Source of the DNA: Candidatus Poribacteria bacterium
GTDB taxonomy: Bacteria; Poribacteria; WGA-4E; PCPOR2b
Direction: 5' to 3'
Assembly: GCA_965198175.1 (NCBI GenBank)
Contig: OZ240245.1
Coordinates: forward strand, 3,392,001 to 3,456,000
Length of the DNA stretch: 64,000 bases
Positions 59,706-64,000 of this stretch are shown here, piece by piece. Positions within the stretch are counted from its first letter, which is position 1. The number at the start of each line of letters is the position of its first letter. The translations under genes were made by a program, and so were the position numbers. The notes beneath the pieces were generated by a model. That model searched no databases, was not told the origin of the DNA, and saw nothing but the letters and a program-made list of their open reading frames with translations.

Positions 59706-60959
59706 CTATACCTCGCTTCGGACATCTATCTTGCCGGTCACGGCATCTGAGATAAGGGATTGGCGGTATTCTTTGAGGAGCTCGATGCTTCGCTGTTCTT
59801 CGGATATGAGTTCGTCAATCTGTACGGTTTTGTGGTCAAGGAAGTCGGCGATTTTGGATTGTTCCCTAACTGGAGGTGCTGGTGTGGACATCCGAAAGAA
59901 TGCATCAGGGTACAATCTTAATCTAGAATGCCAAACCCCTTTTGACCAGCGAATAATTTCGCTGATGTGATTTGGAGTTTGGCAGAGGTAATCGTAATAT
60001 CGGGGCAGGTATTCGTTGCTCTTTAATCTGTAAACGTTGTAAGATGGACTTACAATTCCGTCATATTCTGAAATTCCTAATGCACCCATCCATGCCCACA
60101 TGGTGTTGATGACTAAATTCCCCACGGAGCAGCGCTTATATCCTTCCATGTTTGAAGCCAAAAACATAGTTACGTTCTTGTCTGCTCTTGGGGAAACACC
60201 GGTCAAATGGGAAACTGTGAGTAATGTTTCGTTTCCAGAGACCGACCTGTCGTTTTGTTCATCGAAGATATGCTTGTTTCTAGTGAATTTCCAATGCACT
60301 GGAATCTCCCCAATCCACTCCACGCCCGACGGTTTCATCTCCACATTCGGGTCAAGCCCCTTTGTCACCGCCTGATTTATCAGTGCGGTTCGTTGTTCTC
60401 GCAGCAGTTCTATCTTTCGTTCCTTGACGCGGATGAGCTCGTCAATCTTGCCCGTCTTGCGGTCGAGGAAGGTGGCGATTTGGGTTTGTTCGGAGGGAAG
60501 CGGGGTGATAACAGTGATATTCATGAGGTGCTCACTCGTTAATTTCGGCTGTGCTGCCCCTGTAATATAGTGAGCATAGTCCAGTGATTCAAGCATATTT
60601 GTGAGATAGTCTATATTGCCATGCTTTGGTCTAAGGATGTGGGCATGATTATTAACCCAGTATTTGCCTGATGCCTTAAATGCAAGCGGAGTTGAACGTA
60701 AGGAAAGATTAGCGCCATCTTCACCAATTAAAATGAGAGGTTCATCAAAAATATAGTTTTCAACTTTGTCAATAACGCCAGAAGCACCATAGTAATCATA
60801 GACCTTTAATTTCATGTTTCCACGAGTTTCTGAGTTCAGCGGAATTCGTAAATTATCTAAAGACTCGAATTCATGCTTCACTTTACTGATAGTCCAATGC
60901 TTCGGTATCTCCCCAATCCAATCCACACCACTATCTTTATACTCAATATAACGCTTCAT
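59706..60959 (-). CDS. hsdS: Type I restriction specificity subunit
   Basis: Repeated KxSGVxWIGEIP, two TRDs, EQ..IA.FLD helices, AVTGKIDVR. Confidence 0.95.
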   Translation of the reverse strand: MKRYIEYKDSGVDWIGEIPKHWTISKVKHEFESLDNLRIPLNSETRGNMKLKVYDYYGASGVIDKVENYIFDEPLILIGEDGANLSLRSTPLAFKASGKYWVNNHAHILRPKHGNIDYLTNMLESLDYAHYITGAAQPKLTSEHLMNITVITPLPSEQTQIATFLDRKTGKIDELIRVKERKIELLREQRTALINQAVTKGLDPNVEMKPSGVEWIGEIPVHWKFTRNKHIFDEQNDRSVSGNETLLTVSHLTGVSPRADKNVTMFLASNMEGYKRCSVGNLVINTMWAWMGALGISEYDGIVSPSYNVYRLKSNEYLPRYYDYLCQTPNHISEIIRWSKGVWHSRLRLYPDAFFRMSTPAPPVREQSKIADFLDHKTVQIDELISEEQRSIELLKEYRQSLISDAVTGKIDVRSEV

Positions 60960-60997
60960 AATCTCAGAACCCCATTCAGCAAGCCTAAGTTTTCCGC

Positions 60998-61504
60998 TCA
61001 AGTGCTCCCGCGTAGCCGATGAATGTCATCTTCACAAATAAACTGAACTCTCACATCATGCTGAAGAAGGACGTCGCGGAAATCAAGCCATTGACTATCC
61101 ACAGCTTGCAGGATGGGTGGCTCTTCACAGTGGGCACAAGCAACCGCGACAAACTTTCGGTCATCGGGATCGAATTTTTGCAATGCGGGGTCGTCAGGAA
61201 ATTCTTTAAACTCCGTTTCTAAATTCTCAACGGACGTAATCGAAACTAGGTCACATTGCTCCGGCGTTGCCCAATTCCGCAGGCACCATACAAGAAACCT
61301 ATCACCGGTGCCCGGTTTTCCACTTGAGCTGAGATTTTTTGAGTACTCGTCGAGAATTATCCAATCCGCGTCAAGAACCAATTTCGTCTCGCCACGCATA
61401 ATCTGTTCTAGCCTGTTGATACAGGTTTCCTCACACTTCTTAAAGTCTTGTCCCCATTCGCCATTGGCGACTACAGGAACGTTCGTGTCCACAATTACCT
61501 TCAT
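60998..61504 (-). CDS. PIN-domain-like nuclease
   Basis: VIVDTNV, ILDEY, DPDDRKFVAVA, AVDS acidic residues; ATGA overlap with the upstream ATPase. Confidence 0.75.
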   Translation of the reverse strand: MKVIVDTNVPVVANGEWGQDFKKCEETCINRLEQIMRGETKLVLDADWIILDEYSKNLSSSGKPGTGDRFLVWCLRNWATPEQCDLVSITSVENLETEFKEFPDDPALQKFDPDDRKFVAVACAHCEEPPILQAVDSQWLDFRDVLLQHDVRVQFICEDDIHRLRGST

Positions 61505-62793
61505 AATTTGTTTGCTTTCCGACGCTTGATTTCGGCTTTAGCCCTTTCTACCACATCACCTGCATCATCGCCAAAGAAGTCCCGGGGCCAATTGCTAACG
61601 TTGCCGTATTCATCCATTTTGAGCGGTTCAATTTCGGATGTGCCATCGTTGATTTGGCAGGAATAGAGCTCCGTGCTACCCGCGGAGAATTTTCCCTCGG
61701 CGATGCGTCGCGTCAAGCGGTGAAGCAGGTGCTCGCTGTGGCTTTCAAGGATAATTTGGACATTGCGACGTTTCACGACATCAATGAGGACATCCGCCAA
61801 CTTCGACTGCACTTGCGGATGGAGGTGCGCCTCGGGCTGTTCGAGAATGAGGATTGAACCTTCCGGAACGTAATAGCAAAGTATGAGCGCAGGAAGGACT
61901 TGGGACACACCGAAACCGACATCCGTTAGTCGGACTTCGGGACCGCCTTTGTGCTTCGTTACAAGGAATTCGTAGCTATGTTCTTTATCAGAAACGGCAA
62001 CAAGGCGATAGGCGTGGATTAAACCCAACCGTTGCAACCACCTCGGCACCTGTTCGTCAAGATTTAATAATTGAATCCGAGCCGAAAACAGTGCCGAAAC
62101 CATTTCTCGTCCATGTTGCCCAACGCCTTCCGGGTGATCGCCCTCCCAAGTGTAATGAGTGCGGGGATATTCGCGACGAGGGCCGAGGTAAAAGATGCGG
62201 GAAAACAGTTCTTCAAATGCTTCCTCAAATCGCCAAAAAGATCGTTTAGGATTACTAGACGATTTTCCGCGCACGCCGTAGCACCGGAATGGGGGACCAG
62301 ACAAAAACACACGCTCGGCATCGTGACTAAAACGATCTTTGTCAGAGTTCCAGCCTATAGAAAAGTGTCGTCCACTTATACCATAAGTAAAAGACTTCGC
62401 TGCAACCGAATGTTTATCTATTTTGAAAATGGAAGTTGAGAAAGAGAGCGTTGTGGTTTCAATCCGATAATCACTTCCTCCGATCGGAAGTTCAATGGTT
62501 AATTTTTCGGGCAAATTCCACGAAACAGTAATGCCGATACTTAAATCCTGCCTGTGTTTGTTGATGACATCGCCGAAACTACGCAAGTTGACCAATGAGG
62601 TTTCATCACCGAAATCAAGGGCATCATTCCAGTTTGGTGGGCGTGCCACTGTCTGCTTGAGCATTAGCAATACCTGCAGGATACTGGTTTTGCCCGAGCT
62701 ATTGGCGCCGAAGAATCCGGTCAATGGAGCGAAACCTATTTTGCCTGTGTCTTCCCACGATTTGAAATTTTCCGCTCCGAGTTCGGTAATCAT
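61501..62793 (-). CDS. ABC/AAA_21-type ATPase with DUF3696-like C-terminus (paralog 1)
   Basis: ENFKS, GANSSGKTS, DVGFGVSQVLP, LEQPEAHLHP, ESHSEH, NWP.DFF; AGGAGG RBS before 62793. Confidence 0.9.
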   Translation of the reverse strand: MITELGAENFKSWEDTGKIGFAPLTGFFGANSSGKTSILQVLLMLKQTVARPPNWNDALDFGDETSLVNLRSFGDVINKHRQDLSIGITVSWNLPEKLTIELPIGGSDYRIETTTLSFSTSIFKIDKHSVAAKSFTYGISGRHFSIGWNSDKDRFSHDAERVFLSGPPFRCYGVRGKSSSNPKRSFWRFEEAFEELFSRIFYLGPRREYPRTHYTWEGDHPEGVGQHGREMVSALFSARIQLLNLDEQVPRWLQRLGLIHAYRLVAVSDKEHSYEFLVTKHKGGPEVRLTDVGFGVSQVLPALILCYYVPEGSILILEQPEAHLHPQVQSKLADVLIDVVKRRNVQIILESHSEHLLHRLTRRIAEGKFSAGSTELYSCQINDGTSEIEPLKMDEYGNVSNWPRDFFGDDAGDVVERAKAEIKRRKANKL

Positions 62794-62838
62794 GGCTCTT
62801 ACCTCCTTCTCGTAAGACGTTTGTATCGACAATCACCG

Positions 62839-64000
62839 TCATAATTTGCTTGCTTTCCGGCGCTTAACTTCAGCTCTGCCTTGTTTTATCAGGTCACCGG
62901 TGACATCGCCAAAGAATTCTTGGGGCCAATTGCTGATGTTGCCGTATTCATCGACCCTTAGTGGCTCAATTTCGGATGTGCCATCCTTGATTTGGCAGAA
63001 ATAGAGCTCCGTGTCATCCACGGAAAGTTGTTTCTCGGCAATCCGGCGCATCAAGCGGTGAATCAGGTGCTCGCTGTGGCTTTCAACGACAATCTGTAGG
63101 TTGCGATTCTTGACGGCGTCAATGAGAACATCGCCTAATTCTGATTGCACTTTCGGATGGAGGTGCGCTTCGGGTTGTTCCAATATGAGAATTGAGCCTT
63201 CTGGTGCATAGTAGCAGAGAATCAATACCGGCAGCACTTGGGAGACACCGAAACCCACATCCGTCAGTCGGACTTCAGGACCGCCCTTGTGTTTTGTGAC
63301 GAGAAATTCGTAATCCTTTTGCGTACGAGGAACGGGGGCGAGGCGATAGGAATCGATTAACCCCAATGACTGCAACCATTTCGGTATGTGTTCGTCAAGA
63401 TTAGAGAGTTGAATTCGCGATGAAAACAGCGCAGCGACCATTTCTTCCCCATGCCGTCCAACACCTTCCGGATGTTTGCCTCCCCAAATGTAATGGGGGC
63501 GGGGATTTTCACGCAGCGGGCCCAGGTAAAGGATTCGATTGAAAAGGTTTTCAAGAGAATCTATAAGAGGCAAAAGAGTTGCGTGATGATCATCCGGTAT
63601 GTGAATTTTATAGAAACTTAACGGGCGCGTCTCTATTTCACCCGCTGAATAGGCTGGATCCCCCGTTCTTACTAAAAAGTCGGGGAGTTCGAACTTCCAA
63701 CTCGGAAAGTTACTTTCTAACCGCCATTTCTGTCCATTAGCTGAATAACAGTACGCCTTCAAAATCAAATAATCATTTTTTCTCCCAATGGACGTTGAAA
63801 AGGAAATAGAATTGATTAAGCGCTCATCAATCTTCATTTCTTCGGTGGTTTTCCACGACACCGAGACACCGAGGTTCAAATTCGAGTTATGTTGGTGAAT
63901 GACATCGTCGAAACTGCCTAAGTTGACCAGCGATGACTCATTGCCAAAGGATAACCACTGGTCCCATTGTAGCGTTGGATGTTCCACAGTCTGCTTGAGC
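62839..64000 (-). CDS. ABC/AAA_21-type ATPase with DUF3696-like C-terminus (paralog 2, 5'-truncated by window edge)
   Basis: Same C-terminal motifs; the frame stays open to the window end (LKQTVE, matching LKQTVA of paralog 1). Confidence 0.88.
   Translation of the reverse strand, partial: LKQTVEHPTLQWDQWLSFGNESSLVNLGSFDDVIHQHNSNLNLGVSVSWKTTEEMKIDERLINSISFSTSIGRKNDYLILKAYCYSANGQKWRLESNFPSWKFELPDFLVRTGDPAYSAGEIETRPLSFYKIHIPDDHHATLLPLIDSLENLFNRILYLGPLRENPRPHYIWGGKHPEGVGRHGEEMVAALFSSRIQLSNLDEHIPKWLQSLGLIDSYRLAPVPRTQKDYEFLVTKHKGGPEVRLTDVGFGVSQVLPVLILCYYAPEGSILILEQPEAHLHPKVQSELGDVLIDAVKNRNLQIVVESHSEHLIHRLMRRIAEKQLSVDDTELYFCQIKDGTSEIEPLRVDEYGNISNWPQEFFGDVTGDLIKQGRAEVKRRKASKL

Noticed and set aside
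62839..63987. ATPase paralog 2 as a Walker A-less pseudogene
   Set aside because: The frame continues to the window edge; the N-terminus simply lies outside the window.
1..64000. tRNA, rRNA or prophage genes
   Set aside because: No recognisable cloverleaf, rRNA or phage structural or integrase sequences were seen.

Overview
This is a bacterial chromosomal segment. It most resembles Candidatus Poribacteria; that is an inference from four secreted proteins ending in a V-x-P/A-x-G/S-K/N-x-T/A-T-x-W-G-x-I/L-K tail, three PhyH-family dioxygenases and an orphan BMC vertex gene. Housekeeping and metabolic genes (L-rhamnose isomerase, glyQS, trpD, a KdgK-like kinase, a GT9 heptosyltransferase, lexA, thiI, acnA) are interspersed with secreted and envelope genes: a 1842-aa multi-propeller protein, LamG proteins, two GH127-like hydrolases, a FadL-like barrel, an SLBB export protein and tandem GT-C-like membrane proteins. 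There are two defence regions. (1) A catalytically dead Argonaute translationally coupled to a stand-alone SIR2 protein, followed by a DNA-methyltransferase remnant (40.1-43.6 kb). (2) A type I R-M locus preceded by two paralogous ABC/AAA ATPases and a PIN protein, and split by a DUF559 endonuclease gene embedded in a ~157-bp-period palindromic repeat array (53.4-64 kb). Other notable items are a circularly permuted LamG domain inserted in the GT-C proteins, a DNase I-like lipoprotein with both catalytic His replaced by Arg, an intact IS3-family element with a TAG target duplication, a MITE, and several REP-like palindrome families. All calls come from motif recognition by eye; no database searches were run.
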